A DNA stretch of 64,000 nt. Source: Candidatus Omnitrophota bacterium. GTDB lineage: Bacteria; Omnitrophota; Gorgyraeia; Zapsychrales; Zapsychraceae. The position numbers and the translations under genes are program-made. The stretch covers positions 1,022,361 through 1,086,360 of the forward strand of contig JBFWOS010000001.1 in the NCBI GenBank assembly GCA_050250375.1, given 5' to 3'. The notes below the pieces were generated by a model. That model saw only the letters and a program-made list of their open reading frames with translations, was not told the DNA's origin and did no database searches. Below are positions 1-9,906 of the stretch, one piece after another (within the stretch, counting starts at the first letter, position 1; every line of letters starts with the position of its first letter).

Positions 1-1374
1 CCCGTCCTTTTTGAATTCTTCCCCGGCAAACAGTTTATACAAATACTCCACCCTGGAATCAGGCAGGACCATTCCCTCAAAAACCACGCGGTTGTAAAAT
101 CCGGAGAGGTACGGCAGTTGAATCCCCTCTTTAAACTGTTTCAGGTTGACCAGGGTGCGTTTGACCGACCGGACCGAACCGCTGAAAGACACATCCTTTT
201 CATAGTTCGGGGAGTAAACATATTTCAGGGCCGATTTTAACGCGGCCTTATCTTGGAAGGCCCGGGATGTAAAATAACCGGGAAGGATGGCACATCCGGC
301 CACGACCAGCACCACAGACAGCAGGGCGCCTCTGGCCCGGCGGCACAGCTGGAAATCATCATGGATTCGTTTGGTGTGCAGCAGAAAAAGAGCGACCGGG
401 ACCATGATCAGGAAGCCTGTCCCGACGGCAAATATGGCCGGAAGAGAAAGCGGCAGAAACGGCAGAAAGACCAGAAAGAAATAAACCGTGAACGGATACG
501 TCACGCTCCGCGCAAATAACAGGTATCCGTGGCTGTCGGTTTTCCTGACGGACGGGATAATCATGATCAGCCCGTTGATAACGGCCAGGACATAAACCCA
601 GGGTGTCTGGAAACTGGCCGGAAACGGGATCGATTGATTGAGCCACAGTCCCGCCAGGGGACCGACGATGGAAACGATGACGGCGAATACACTCTGGGCC
701 GTATCCCCCCTGGAACGGATGAAATTATAGAGCAGCACCACCAGCCGGACCAGGCCGACAAAGGCCGCGACGGTGACTCCGATAAAAAAGAAGGCCGCTA
801 ACTGCGGCGCCCACGCCCACGCGAAAGGACGGGTGAACTTCCCCATAAAAATAAAAACAACATAATAAAGCAGCGGGCCCAGGATTGTCAGTAAAAAGCT
901 GTATCCGATGTCTGACGAATTTTTTATATTCACTTCAAAACAGGCCAGCCGCAGGCCGGCGTAGAACAGGCCCGGCATCATAAACGTAAACTGATAAAAC
1001 ACCAGCATGCCCTGGTCGAGAATCCACGGCTCGACTGTTCCGGGGATGAGCCGCCACACATTCGAACTCACGAACCAGAGATAACCGATATGCGCGGCCA
1101 ACAACAAACCGTTCCAGGCCAGGCCGATCAGTGATTTTCTTAAATGAGAATAAATCCCGATCATAAAGGCCAGCCCCAGTAAACCCAGCTCCATTCCCAG
1201 AATCATGTAGACAATCGGCATTTTCTCCGCCGGGAGGTCATCCCAAACCAGCCAGCCGGACCAGAGGTTGATCAGGAGCAAAATCATTTGCGGAATGATA
1301 TAAACCCACAGCATAAAAATCGGTTTCTTGATAAAATCAGGCAGCAGGGAACGGTTAACGGCGGTGTTATTCAT
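1..1374 (-). CDS. Large polytopic membrane protein, C-terminus beyond window start; last gene of the GntR-ABC operon
   Basis: Open reading frame on the minus strand from the ATG at 1374..1372 to position 1 with no stop. The translation is very hydrophobic with many predicted TM segments. The ATG overlaps the upstream stop (ATGAATAA). It is absent from the ORF track because it is truncated by the window edge. Confidence 0.55.
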   Translation of the reverse strand, partial: MNNTAVNRSLLPDFIKKPIFMLWVYIIPQMILLLINLWSGWLVWDDLPAEKMPIVYMILGMELGLLGLAFMIGIYSHLRKSLIGLAWNGLLLAAHIGYLWFVSSNVWRLIPGTVEPWILDQGMLVFYQFTFMMPGLFYAGLRLACFEVNIKNSSDIGYSFLLTILGPLLYYVVFIFMGKFTRPFAWAWAPQLAAFFFIGVTVAAFVGLVRLVVLLYNFIRSRGDTAQSVFAVIVSIVGPLAGLWLNQSIPFPASFQTPWVYVLAVINGLIMIIPSVRKTDSHGYLLFARSVTYPFTVYFFLVFLPFLPLSLPAIFAVGTGFLIMVPVALFLLHTKRIHDDFQLCRRARGALLSVVLVVAGCAILPGYFTSRAFQDKAALKSALKYVYSPNYEKDVSFSGSVRSVKRTLVNLKQFKEGIQLPYLSGFYNRVVFEGMVLPDSRVEYLYKLFAGEEFKKDG

Positions 1375-1900
1375 GACGGGGAATCCTTTCCAGGATTAAC
1401 GTAACGGCAATTAAAGTGCTGAGAAAAACGGCGATGCCGACACCCTGATGCAGCGCCGGCTGAAAGTTCGGCGGCAGGATCAAGCGGCCGATCCTGTACG
1501 TGTAATAAGCGCAGATAATACGCACGCCATTGGCCGCGACGGTGATCAGGTACGCCGGCGGCAGGGACAAGACTAACGCGGTCAGAATTTTTTGTTTCTG
1601 TAACGACGGAATCATCCGGATCATCAAAACGGCCGACAACAGACAGAAAAAGCCGAACGCGCTGCATTTGGATGTAACATTTATAAACTGATGGGAAACC
1701 GGGATGAGGACCTCTCTTCCTTCCGTAAAAACCGGTGAAACCCCGAGGAACACGGATGAGACATACGCCGACGGGTACGCGAACAACTGCTGAACCGGAC
1801 CGATGATCATCCCTTCCAGGCCGGAACAGACCAGCGCGGTAAAAATGATGCCGCCGTTCATAATTTTTAATCCTGAGATTGTCTTCATGGAATCCTTCAT
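1367..1900 (-). CDS. Small hydrophobic membrane protein (177 aa)
   Basis: The ORF has a hydrophobic TM-rich translation. The alternative overlapping 180-aa frame is Arg-rich and implausible. It overlaps the downstream start by 8 nt. Confidence 0.45.
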   Translation of the reverse strand: MKDSMKTISGLKIMNGGIIFTALVCSGLEGMIIGPVQQLFAYPSAYVSSVFLGVSPVFTEGREVLIPVSHQFINVTSKCSAFGFFCLLSAVLMIRMIPSLQKQKILTALVLSLPPAYLITVAANGVRIICAYYTYRIGRLILPPNFQPALHQGVGIAVFLSTLIAVTLILERIPRHE

Positions 1901-1961
1901 TCGTTTTGATCAAAAGCTTACCAAGTGCCGTCTAGAACAGCACCCGACAAGCTTTGACGTG

Positions 1962-2177
1962 TTATTTACCCGGCTGCATTAATAATGATAAAGCCACCAG
2001 ACCTCCGGTGATCATCACCCCTCCGGCCACAAAATAAATGCCGGCGGTCGTAATGAGGACCAGGTTTGTTGTCAGCGCGTACGGCACGCACAGGATTGAG
2101 CCGAAACCGCCGACGGCCACCGCTATAATGGCCAGGGCCTTTACAAACTGTTTAATCGCGTCTTCTGTCATTGTCAC
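1962..2177 (-). CDS. 71-aa two-TM membrane protein
   Basis: Short ORF with two clear hydrophobic helices, sitting in the operon between permease-like genes. Confidence 0.4.
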   Translation of the reverse strand: MTMTEDAIKQFVKALAIIAVAVGGFGSILCVPYALTTNLVLITTAGIYFVAGGVMITGGLVALSLLMQPGK

Positions 2178-2187
2178 TCACCCCCTT

Positions 2188-3561
2188 TCAAATGAATTCT
2201 TTCCGGCACCAGGCCCAATAAGCGCATCGGAATAAAAACAGGCCCGCACCCAGACAAATCACGTTGTTCCAGACCAAAAGCGGCCCGGCAAACGTTGAGG
2301 CATAATAAAATTGAAAGATCAACAAAGACGAAAGGATAATCCCGTTGATGATGACGACCCTTGAGTCCATGGAACAGCTTAACCAGGCCAGCCAAGCCGT
2401 GACCAGAAATGATACATTCCCCGTCAAGAGAAGATATCCCCAGAATTTCGCGGAAAGATAGATGTCCGGCTGGAACACAATATTCGGCAATAACGCGAAG
2501 CACACGCTGAAAATAATCCAGTACGTCAGCCAATGGGCGATCAACACAAGGCCCCTTTCCTTTATATATTGCGGTTTGGCCACGGGCTTGAGCAGGTCAT
2601 GCCCCGCGTAATCCAGTTTTTTATAGTGGCTGCCGATCACCACCAGGACCGGCGTCATGGACAACAGCAGAAAATTGGAATAGGCATTCCTGAAGAAATC
2701 GGCAAAGGCCGGATTGCTTTTGATAAACAGCAGATACACCGGCGTGCCGAGGATGATCAGCATGCCCACAATCTTGATGTCGGTGTGGTCCGCATAATCC
2801 CAGTGAAACGCCCTTGAAAAAACATTCGCCTCCCGGGGATAGGCGGGGACCTCAGTCTGCCCTTCCTTCACATTCAGAAACCGTTTCAGGGGCGTGATGA
2901 ACTGCTCCGACTTGAGCTGATTGATAAAATAATGTTTCGGCGGCCAGGACAGCAAATAATGATATTCAAAATGATGTTCTTTGAGCGCAGCCAGCCTGTT
3001 CAGGAAAAAGACAATGAACACGCCGGATGACAGGCCCGCGATGTACTTTAAATAAGTGATGGTTTCAAACGCGGCGATGATATTCGTGACATTCACCGCC
3101 ATCACCAGGCCCAGCACGTAAGAATAAATGAAGACCCTGCCGATCGACAGGTACCCCAGATAAGCGATCAGTAAAGACGCGAGGAAACAGGTCACAAACA
3201 TGCCCTGCAGACCGTCCGTCGAGATTTCAAACAGCGGCCTGAGGCCGCGCACCCAGGCGACCGCCGCCAGCAGAAAAAACAGATAAACGCAAACCAGGCA
3301 GCACAGGTGCGACCGGCGGTACCCCGGCCATAACGATGCCCGGTGGTTGGCAAACTGCCGTTTGATCATCAGGCCGAAATAAAACGTCAACCAAAGGGTC
3401 GCCACAAACAGCAGGGTTGAAAAATCTTCGGCAAAACCGGAATGGTTTGTCGCAAACAGGAATTTGGATACAGCCGCGTTGAATAAAAGAACTCCGGACA
3501 AAAGCATGAAGTTCGTATTCAGAAAATATAAGCCGAAGATCTGTCTGCACCTCGTCATCAT
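2188..3561 (-). CDS. Polytopic membrane protein, putative permease partner of the adjacent ABC ATPase
   Basis: 457 aa with more than 8 predicted TM helices. There is an ATGA start/stop overlap with the upstream ABC ATPase gene. Confidence 0.55.
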   Translation of the reverse strand: MMTRCRQIFGLYFLNTNFMLLSGVLLFNAAVSKFLFATNHSGFAEDFSTLLFVATLWLTFYFGLMIKRQFANHRASLWPGYRRSHLCCLVCVYLFFLLAAVAWVRGLRPLFEISTDGLQGMFVTCFLASLLIAYLGYLSIGRVFIYSYVLGLVMAVNVTNIIAAFETITYLKYIAGLSSGVFIVFFLNRLAALKEHHFEYHYLLSWPPKHYFINQLKSEQFITPLKRFLNVKEGQTEVPAYPREANVFSRAFHWDYADHTDIKIVGMLIILGTPVYLLFIKSNPAFADFFRNAYSNFLLLSMTPVLVVIGSHYKKLDYAGHDLLKPVAKPQYIKERGLVLIAHWLTYWIIFSVCFALLPNIVFQPDIYLSAKFWGYLLLTGNVSFLVTAWLAWLSCSMDSRVVIINGIILSSLLIFQFYYASTFAGPLLVWNNVICLGAGLFLFRCAYWAWCRKEFI

Positions 3562-4436
3562 CGGTTCAGCTCCAGGAATATTTCTTCCAGGTTCAGGTCT
3601 TCGACGTCGACCCTGGCGTTATAATCTTTTTCCAGTTTGATTTTAATATGTTCACTAAATCCCCTGACCGAGACGATGGCCTCATGGGTTGATGATTCAC
3701 AATGGAGAAACCCTTCCACATTAAACTGGTCCGGTAAATTTTTTTGGGTGACGATTCTCAGGCGTTTGACCTCGTCCTTCAGCTGGTCCAGCTCGCCGAC
3801 GAACGTGATCGCGCCGTCTTTAAGCAGGGCCACCCGGTCCGCCACCCTCTCCACATCCGATGTGATATGTGTTGAAAAGAAAACGGTGCATTCTCTTTCC
3901 GAAACGATTTTCAAAATCGTCCTGAGGAATTGCCTTCTCGCCGCCGGGTCAAGGCTGGCGACCGGCTCATCCAGCACCAGCAGTTCCGGTTCATGCCCGA
4001 GGGCCAGGATGATCGCCACTTTCTGCGCCTGGCCTTCCGACAAAAGTCCGTATTTGTCCTTCGTCTCGATGCCCCATTCCCCGATGAGTTGTTTCACCAG
4101 CTCGCGGTTCCAGTGTTTATAAAAAGAGGCGGTGTAGTCGATCAGCTGACTGACGGTTAACCACGGATAAACCCGGTCGCTTTGAGGGACATACCCGAGT
4201 TTCTCCTTGGTCTCTTCTTTAAATTCCCACGGGTTGTCACCCAGCACGGAAATAGTCCCGGAGGAAACCTTCATCAGGCCCAGGATACTTTTGATCAGGG
4301 TTGTCTTACCGGCACCGTTCGTGCCCAGCAATCCGAAGACCGAACCGCGAGGGATTTCCAGAGACAAATTGTTAAGGACCTGTTTATCCTTGTAACCTTT
4401 CGTGATGCCGTTCAACGCTATAACCGGGTTATCCAT
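3558..4436 (-). CDS. ABC transporter ATP-binding protein
   Basis: Walker A GLLGTNGAGKTT, signature LSEGQAQKV and Walker B LLVLDEP are present. The start is reset to MDNPVIALNG (ATG 4436..4434), which has a strong SD (GGAAGGAGA) 7 nt upstream. The 12-codon N-terminal extension in the ORF track is rejected. Confidence 0.9.
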   Translation of the reverse strand: MDNPVIALNGITKGYKDKQVLNNLSLEIPRGSVFGLLGTNGAGKTTLIKSILGLMKVSSGTISVLGDNPWEFKEETKEKLGYVPQSDRVYPWLTVSQLIDYTASFYKHWNRELVKQLIGEWGIETKDKYGLLSEGQAQKVAIILALGHEPELLVLDEPVASLDPAARRQFLRTILKIVSERECTVFFSTHITSDVERVADRVALLKDGAITFVGELDQLKDEVKRLRIVTQKNLPDQFNVEGFLHCESSTHEAIVSVRGFSEHIKIKLEKDYNARVDVEDLNLEEIFLELNR

Positions 4437-4832
4437 TTTTATTCTCCTTCCATAAACCTTTAAGCAGTTCAATCACTTTTTCCGGTCCCAAGGACAGCTG
4501 ATTTGATTTGGTGATGACTTCCTTTAACAGCGGGACAATATCTTCATTGCGCTTCTGCATATTATTCTTGGGAATGGACGACTTCTGGACACGCATGCCC
4601 TGCCCGCGCACGAATTCGAGCACGCCTTCCTTCTCTAATAAAGAGTAGGCCTTTGAGACCGTCATCGGATTGACTTCCAGCTCTTTGGACACCTGCCGCA
4701 CGGAAGGTAAAAACACACCCTGCTCCAGGCGCCCGGTGGCGATCAGGGTCTTGACCTGGTCAATGACCTGCCGGTAAATCGGCACGCCGGAAGAAGTGGA
4801 TATCTGAAAATAATAATTGGCTTTTTTATTCA
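4429..4832 (-). CDS. GntR-family (YtrA-like) transcriptional regulator
   Basis: N-terminal winged HTH typical of GntR (GVFLPSVRQVSKELEVNPMTVSKAYSLLEKEGVLEFVRGQGMRV). The true start is MNKKANYY at 4832, so the 34-codon N-terminal extension is rejected. It sits 2 nt upstream of the ABC ATPase. Confidence 0.85.
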
Positions 4833-4962
4833 TCTTTATGACCTGAATGCACCGTGATCCCTGCGGTGTACTACAAATATAATACACTAATACACCGTTG
4901 TCAAGCGGATAAATAAACGGGAGGATTATTAACACGGAAGGTTTTAAAAGGGGATCCCCTTC

Positions 4963-6408
4963 TTACTGTTCGGGAGAATCAATCAGGCACATCGGATTGA
5001 TGACGGGGGTTGTTTCTGTTTTATGGACCAGCTGGTCATTTAACCGCAGCCATTCGACCAAGAGCTGCCTGTACTGCGAGTCATGGGAATTCTTGTTAAA
5101 CCGGTTGTTGTCCAGGTCGTTAAAGGCCTGGATGTAATCATTCAGCGTGACTTTTCCGAAAGAATAATTTTCGCTTTCATCTTTTAAGATGGCCTTCGCC
5201 AGATCAATCCTTTCCTCGGCAATCTCGATCAGTTTCTTTTCCCGCTCAATCTGCAGATGTAAATTCATCAGCTGGGTATATAAACGGTGATAGGTATTCA
5301 GGGTGGCCAGTTTCTGTTTGTCGTTGAGGATCACGGACACCGCGTGTTCGGCCTTGGCAACCTGGTCGGGAAACGGCCACTCCAGGGAAATCCCGGCAAA
5401 CAAAATATTGTCTTCGTGTTTAAGCCCGTAATCATCCCCGCTGGACTCATAACCGGCGATGAGATTAATGGACGGAAGGAGTTTGTCCGCGTCCCGGGAG
5501 ACTTCCAGCGAACTTTTGTTTTCCAGTTTCCTTAAAATGTCAAACGTCCGGCTGCTGACCGTGAACTCCTTAAACAATTCCCTGAAATTTCCGTCGATTT
5601 GGGCCATCGGGTTGGTTTCCTGCGGGAGATGCGTGACACCCTCTTCACTGCGGATAATCCGCTGGATGATGTTCAGGCTGCTGTTATATTTTTCTTCCAG
5701 CTCGGCCACCCGTTCTTTCTTGGACAGGACCTGAAGCCTGACCTTGTTCACGTCGATCGGAAGGGCGATCTTCTGTTGTTCCCTTTCTTTCATGCTGTCG
5801 AGCAGTTTCTGGTTCTCGGTATACGAGGACTGCCCGATCTGAAGGTTCTGGTAGTCTTCATACCAGGTGTAATACGCAAAGATGATGGCCGCCAGATAAT
5901 CCTCGTAAGCCTCCACAATCTGGTGGCCGGCCACCTCGACCTCAAGCCCGACAATCTTGTCCAACAGCCGCGTTGAACGGCCGAACGCGTTTTCGGCGAT
6001 GGGCTGGGTGATGGTAAACGTCAATTCGGATGATTTCTCCGCCGAGGAGATCGACGCCCCCGCGTTATACTCAAGCGACATCTCGGTCCCGCTGTAAGGG
6101 AACAGTTTGCTCAATCCAACGGTCGTGTCCGGGGAATTGCGGTCCTGGTTCAGATAGAACTCATGCTGCTGTTTGACCGACAGGACCAGGTCTTTGGCCG
6201 GGAGCCGGATGCTCTTCTGGTACTTCAAAGTGAGTTCATCAATCAGGATCTGTTCAAACTCCGTGTCGCGCTCCGTGGCCAGCTTCAGGAATTCTTCAAA
6301 CGCCAGGGTCTGTTCTTTTTCCTGGGCCAGCGCATGAACACCCGTTTGTCCGCAGATCACCAAACTGAACAAAACTATTTTCCAAATCCTGGCTGATTTT
6401 ATAGTCAT
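4963..6408 (-). CDS. TolC-like outer membrane efflux protein
   Basis: ~480 aa with a signal-peptide-like N-terminus (MTIKSARIWKIVLFSLVICG), two long coiled-coil-rich repeats, and an OEP-family pattern. It lies immediately downstream of the RND permease. Start set at the ATG 6408..6406, 5 nt after the RND stop. Confidence 0.8.
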   Translation of the reverse strand: MTIKSARIWKIVLFSLVICGQTGVHALAQEKEQTLAFEEFLKLATERDTEFEQILIDELTLKYQKSIRLPAKDLVLSVKQQHEFYLNQDRNSPDTTVGLSKLFPYSGTEMSLEYNAGASISSAEKSSELTFTITQPIAENAFGRSTRLLDKIVGLEVEVAGHQIVEAYEDYLAAIIFAYYTWYEDYQNLQIGQSSYTENQKLLDSMKEREQQKIALPIDVNKVRLQVLSKKERVAELEEKYNSSLNIIQRIIRSEEGVTHLPQETNPMAQIDGNFRELFKEFTVSSRTFDILRKLENKSSLEVSRDADKLLPSINLIAGYESSGDDYGLKHEDNILFAGISLEWPFPDQVAKAEHAVSVILNDKQKLATLNTYHRLYTQLMNLHLQIEREKKLIEIAEERIDLAKAILKDESENYSFGKVTLNDYIQAFNDLDNNRFNKNSHDSQYRQLLVEWLRLNDQLVHKTETTPVINPMCLIDSPEQ

Positions 6409-6413
6409 ATCCG

Positions 6414-9400
6414 TTATCCCATCATGGCTTGAATTTTTATCTTTGATTCCTGCAGCAAACTGTAAAAACACGGGACCAGAAAAAGTGTGATCAACGTGCC
6501 GAAGACCAGTCCCCAGGCCAGGGCGAGCATCATTTCCGCCAGCATCGCATCGTATCCGGCCATCCCGTACGCCGTCGGCAAGACCCCGGCCACGGTTGTC
6601 ACCGTCGTTAAGACAACGGCCCGCAGACGGGTTTTCGCGATATCGGCGATCTGCCTGATAACCTCACCTTTGGTTTTTGCCGAGAACTCACTGTCCAGTT
6701 TCGCGAGCATGATAATCGAATCGTTGATGACGACCCCGGCCAGCCCCAGCGCCCCGATGGCCGCGTAAAATCCGAACAAAACTTTCCCGTGCAGCCAGAA
6801 CGCCAGGATGACACCGACCATCCCGAAGGGAATCGACAGCATGATGATCACCGGCCTCATCAATGAATTATAAAGAACGGCCAGGATCGCAAAGATCAGC
6901 AGGATGACCATAATAATCGCCATACGAAACCCGCCCTGCGCCTCACGCGTGTCAAAGACTTCCCCGGTAAAAGAAAGTGTCGTGGACGGCTGTGACTTTG
7001 TGACCTGCGGGAACACCTTCGCCTCCAGTTCATCGGCAATCTCCAGGGGCGTGAACTTTTTGACCGCCTTGATATCGGCGTATACGGCCGTTGTGCGTTT
7101 ACCTTCCCGCCGGGAGATCGAATTCGGCGTCTGCGTATTTTCGACATTGACCAGGTCCCTTAACGGAACAAGATAATTCCGCTGGTTCTCAACCGGGATG
7201 TCCAGGATTGATTCCAGGTCCCTCTTCGACTCATCTTTCACGGTTAACCGGACATCCACATCTTCATCGCCTTTGGGAAATTCATAAAGGACCGAACCCT
7301 CCAGGGCCGAACGGAAGGTCGTTGTGATATCGGCCGGATTGATGTCGAGCCGTTTGACTTTTTCCCGTTTAAAATCAATTTTGTGTTCAGCGACCTTGAT
7401 CGGCTCTTCGATCTCGACGTTCATCAGCTTCTCGTTCGCTTTCATGAGTTCAGAGAGTTTTTGGGCGGCCGAATCCCGCAGGGCGTCATCATTTTCCTGG
7501 ATCAGAACTTCTATGGCGCTTCCGCTGTCCTGCCCCCAGCGGCTTTTCTGGATGACGAGTTTGTTGAGGCCTTCAATGGACTCGATCTGCGGTTTCCACA
7601 CGCCGATCAGCTGGTCGGCGGATTTTTTCCGTTTCTCCTTGGGAACAATCTCGACAATCATGCTGAAACGGTTCTCCTGCACCTCGCCTCCCCGCCGGCT
7701 CCGGGCAATCTCCGTACGGTATCCGACCACTTCCTTTCCGATGTAGGGGATTAACAGGTCTTCAATTTTTTTGGTCAGATTGGCGGTATCAATGCGGTCG
7801 GCCTGTTTATCCGCAAAGCCGGAAATAACAATGTCCCGTGTCTCCTCGTTGGGAAACATCACGAATTTCATCTGGCTGGTCATGATCCATCCGGACGCTA
7901 AAAGGATAAAAATGAAAAAGGCAAAGACAAAATATTTGTAAGCCAGAACTTTGTGCAGCAGCGCCCCGTATTGATCTTCAACATTTTCAAACCAATGGCG
8001 TTTGACCGGCTTTTCTTTGTTTTTATGGCCGTTCATCAGCTTGCCGATCTTGGGCACTTCAAAATGCATGTGTCCCGGTAAAACCAGCAGGGATTCAAAG
8101 AGGCTCGCCCCCAACATCAGAAAAATAATAGGCGGGATATATTTATTGATCTGCCCGTACCGTCCCTGGAAATAAAACAGCGGGATAAACGCGATGCAGG
8201 TCGTAATGATGCTGGCCAATATGGGAAGAAAGACCTGGGTTGTTCCCTCGATGGCGGCCTCACGGGAATTCATCCCCTTCGAACGCATCCGGCCCACATT
8301 TTCCGCCACCACAATCGCGTCATCGACAACGATCCCCATCACGATAATCACGGCGGCCAGGGTCGTATTGTTAATCGTATACCCCATGAGCCAGCCGCTG
8401 ATCAGGGTAAAACAGATGGTAAAGGGAATCCCCATCGCGACCCAGAAGCCGGATCTCTTGTTGAGAAACAAAAATAAGGCGAGCAGGATCAGGAAAAAAC
8501 CCACGGCCCCGTTCATGGAAATGATCGACAGCCGGTTGCGGACGTCAATGGATTCATCGTCCAGCAGCACAATATCAATCGGGACATCTTTGAGATGGTT
8601 TTCCTTATATTCTTCAACCAGCCGGGTAACCGAATCCAGCGCCTGGAGAATCCCGGCGGAACTGTTTTTAACAACATTGAACATGACGCATTCGTGGCCG
8701 TTGACCTTGATGATCTCCTTTTCCATGTCAAAACCCGGGACAATCTCAGCGATCTCGGAAAGCGGAATGGCCTGGCCTTCAAACCCGGCCTGGATAAATA
8801 ACCGGTTCAGTTTTTCCGGCGTATCCAGCTGGGCGTTGATCGTTACCTTGGGTTCATTCTTGATTTCGATATGCCCGGCGGGCTGGCGGGCGTGATTGTT
8901 GGTGACTTCCCGTTTAACCTGGCTGAGCGGGATGGCGTAGCGGATCAATTTCTCGGGATCAACCTTGATCTGGATCTCTTCCTGAAAGTAAGCGGACTTA
9001 TCAACGCTGTTTACTTCTTTCAGGTTTACCAGCTGGTTTTCCAGTGAATTGGCATATTTCTGCAGGAGCTGCCTTTCCTGCGTGCTTAGAAGGTGGGACC
9101 CTGTATAGATGAGCGCGATATCGAGGATCGCTTTTTTGGAAGTCTCAAATACCCGGACGGTGGGGTCATCCCGCACGTCTTCCGGAAGGTCAACGTCGGA
9201 AACGGCATTGCGGATCTCGGTGATCGCTTCGTCTTTTCGGGGAAAATCCTGTTCCAGTTCAACGGTGATGGATGTGCTGCCCTGGCTGGCCGAGCTGATC
9301 ACCCGGTAAACCCCGTCTATTCCCTCAACGGCCTCTTCGATTTCTTTTGTGACGAAATGTTCGACTTCTTCGGCTGTGGCCCCTGGATAATTCGCGGAAA

Positions 9401-9545
9401 TGCGCACACGGTCAAAGGTGACATCCGGCAGTTCTTCCTTTTTGATATTCTGCCAGCTGACGACCCCGCCTATGAGGATGGAAAGGAAAATAAGGTTGGT
9501 CAATAAGTGACGGTCAACAAAATAAGTGATTACGGCTCGTAACAT
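6414..9545 (-). CDS. RND efflux transporter permease (AcrB/HAE1 family)
   Basis: 1043 aa with 12-TM architecture and two large periplasmic loops. The conserved TM4 motif GIVVDDAIVVAENV matches AcrB GLLVDDAIVVVENV. Confidence 0.9.
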   Translation of the reverse strand: MLRAVITYFVDRHLLTNLIFLSILIGGVVSWQNIKKEELPDVTFDRVRISANYPGATAEEVEHFVTKEIEEAVEGIDGVYRVISSASQGSTSITVELEQDFPRKDEAITEIRNAVSDVDLPEDVRDDPTVRVFETSKKAILDIALIYTGSHLLSTQERQLLQKYANSLENQLVNLKEVNSVDKSAYFQEEIQIKVDPEKLIRYAIPLSQVKREVTNNHARQPAGHIEIKNEPKVTINAQLDTPEKLNRLFIQAGFEGQAIPLSEIAEIVPGFDMEKEIIKVNGHECVMFNVVKNSSAGILQALDSVTRLVEEYKENHLKDVPIDIVLLDDESIDVRNRLSIISMNGAVGFFLILLALFLFLNKRSGFWVAMGIPFTICFTLISGWLMGYTINNTTLAAVIIVMGIVVDDAIVVAENVGRMRSKGMNSREAAIEGTTQVFLPILASIITTCIAFIPLFYFQGRYGQINKYIPPIIFLMLGASLFESLLVLPGHMHFEVPKIGKLMNGHKNKEKPVKRHWFENVEDQYGALLHKVLAYKYFVFAFFIFILLASGWIMTSQMKFVMFPNEETRDIVISGFADKQADRIDTANLTKKIEDLLIPYIGKEVVGYRTEIARSRRGGEVQENRFSMIVEIVPKEKRKKSADQLIGVWKPQIESIEGLNKLVIQKSRWGQDSGSAIEVLIQENDDALRDSAAQKLSELMKANEKLMNVEIEEPIKVAEHKIDFKREKVKRLDINPADITTTFRSALEGSVLYEFPKGDEDVDVRLTVKDESKRDLESILDIPVENQRNYLVPLRDLVNVENTQTPNSISRREGKRTTAVYADIKAVKKFTPLEIADELEAKVFPQVTKSQPSTTLSFTGEVFDTREAQGGFRMAIIMVILLIFAILAVLYNSLMRPVIIMLSIPFGMVGVILAFWLHGKVLFGFYAAIGALGLAGVVINDSIIMLAKLDSEFSAKTKGEVIRQIADIAKTRLRAVVLTTVTTVAGVLPTAYGMAGYDAMLAEMMLALAWGLVFGTLITLFLVPCFYSLLQESKIKIQAMMG

Positions 9546-9906
9546 AAAGTTATTATAACGGTCATTATTAATAATTTCTTTAAAACTTTAGACAATTTGA
9601 GTTTAAAAAAGTTCCCGGAAAATTTTTTATTTTTAAAATTGACCGGGGAACGTGTTTTCATAGGCCGGCGCGGTGATTTAAACGGAAAAACCCGCCCACT
9701 CCTGTTGAGGAATGAACGGGTTTTTTGATTTCTTCTCCCGATCAGAAGAAATTGGTTGCGGCCCGCCCTGAATTACAAGATTCAGGGCGAGGTCTCGCCC
9801 GTTATTTAATTCCGAACGGGCGGAGGGCCAGATTTGTCCGCCCCCATTATTGATGGGGCGAGATCTCGTCCGGCTGATAGCCGGACGGAAACTAACGGCC
9901 TTCAGG

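Noticed and set aside
253-801. Several 60-95 aa plus- and minus-strand ORFs near the window start
   Set aside because: They lie entirely inside, and mostly antisense to, the long edge-truncated membrane protein gene (1..1374, minus strand), and have biased Arg/Pro composition.
1371-1913. Alternative 180-aa minus-strand ORF overlapping the 177-aa ORF
   Set aside because: Its translation is Arg/Gly-rich with no hydrophobic or domain character. The 1367..1900 frame gives a coherent membrane protein.
4436-4472. N-terminal extensions in the ORF track for the ABC ATPase (MNCLKVYGRRIK...), GntR (to 4935), eno (to 13216), holA (to 41352) and the repeat protein (to 59014)
   Set aside because: Internal ATGs with strong SD sequences match conserved protein N-termini. 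The extensions overlap upstream genes or have no coding character.
7324-8895. ORFs of 123-233 aa on the plus strand inside the RND gene
   Set aside because: They are antisense to a confidently identified AcrB-family gene. Their Ser/Ile-rich low-complexity translations are typical of antisense frames.
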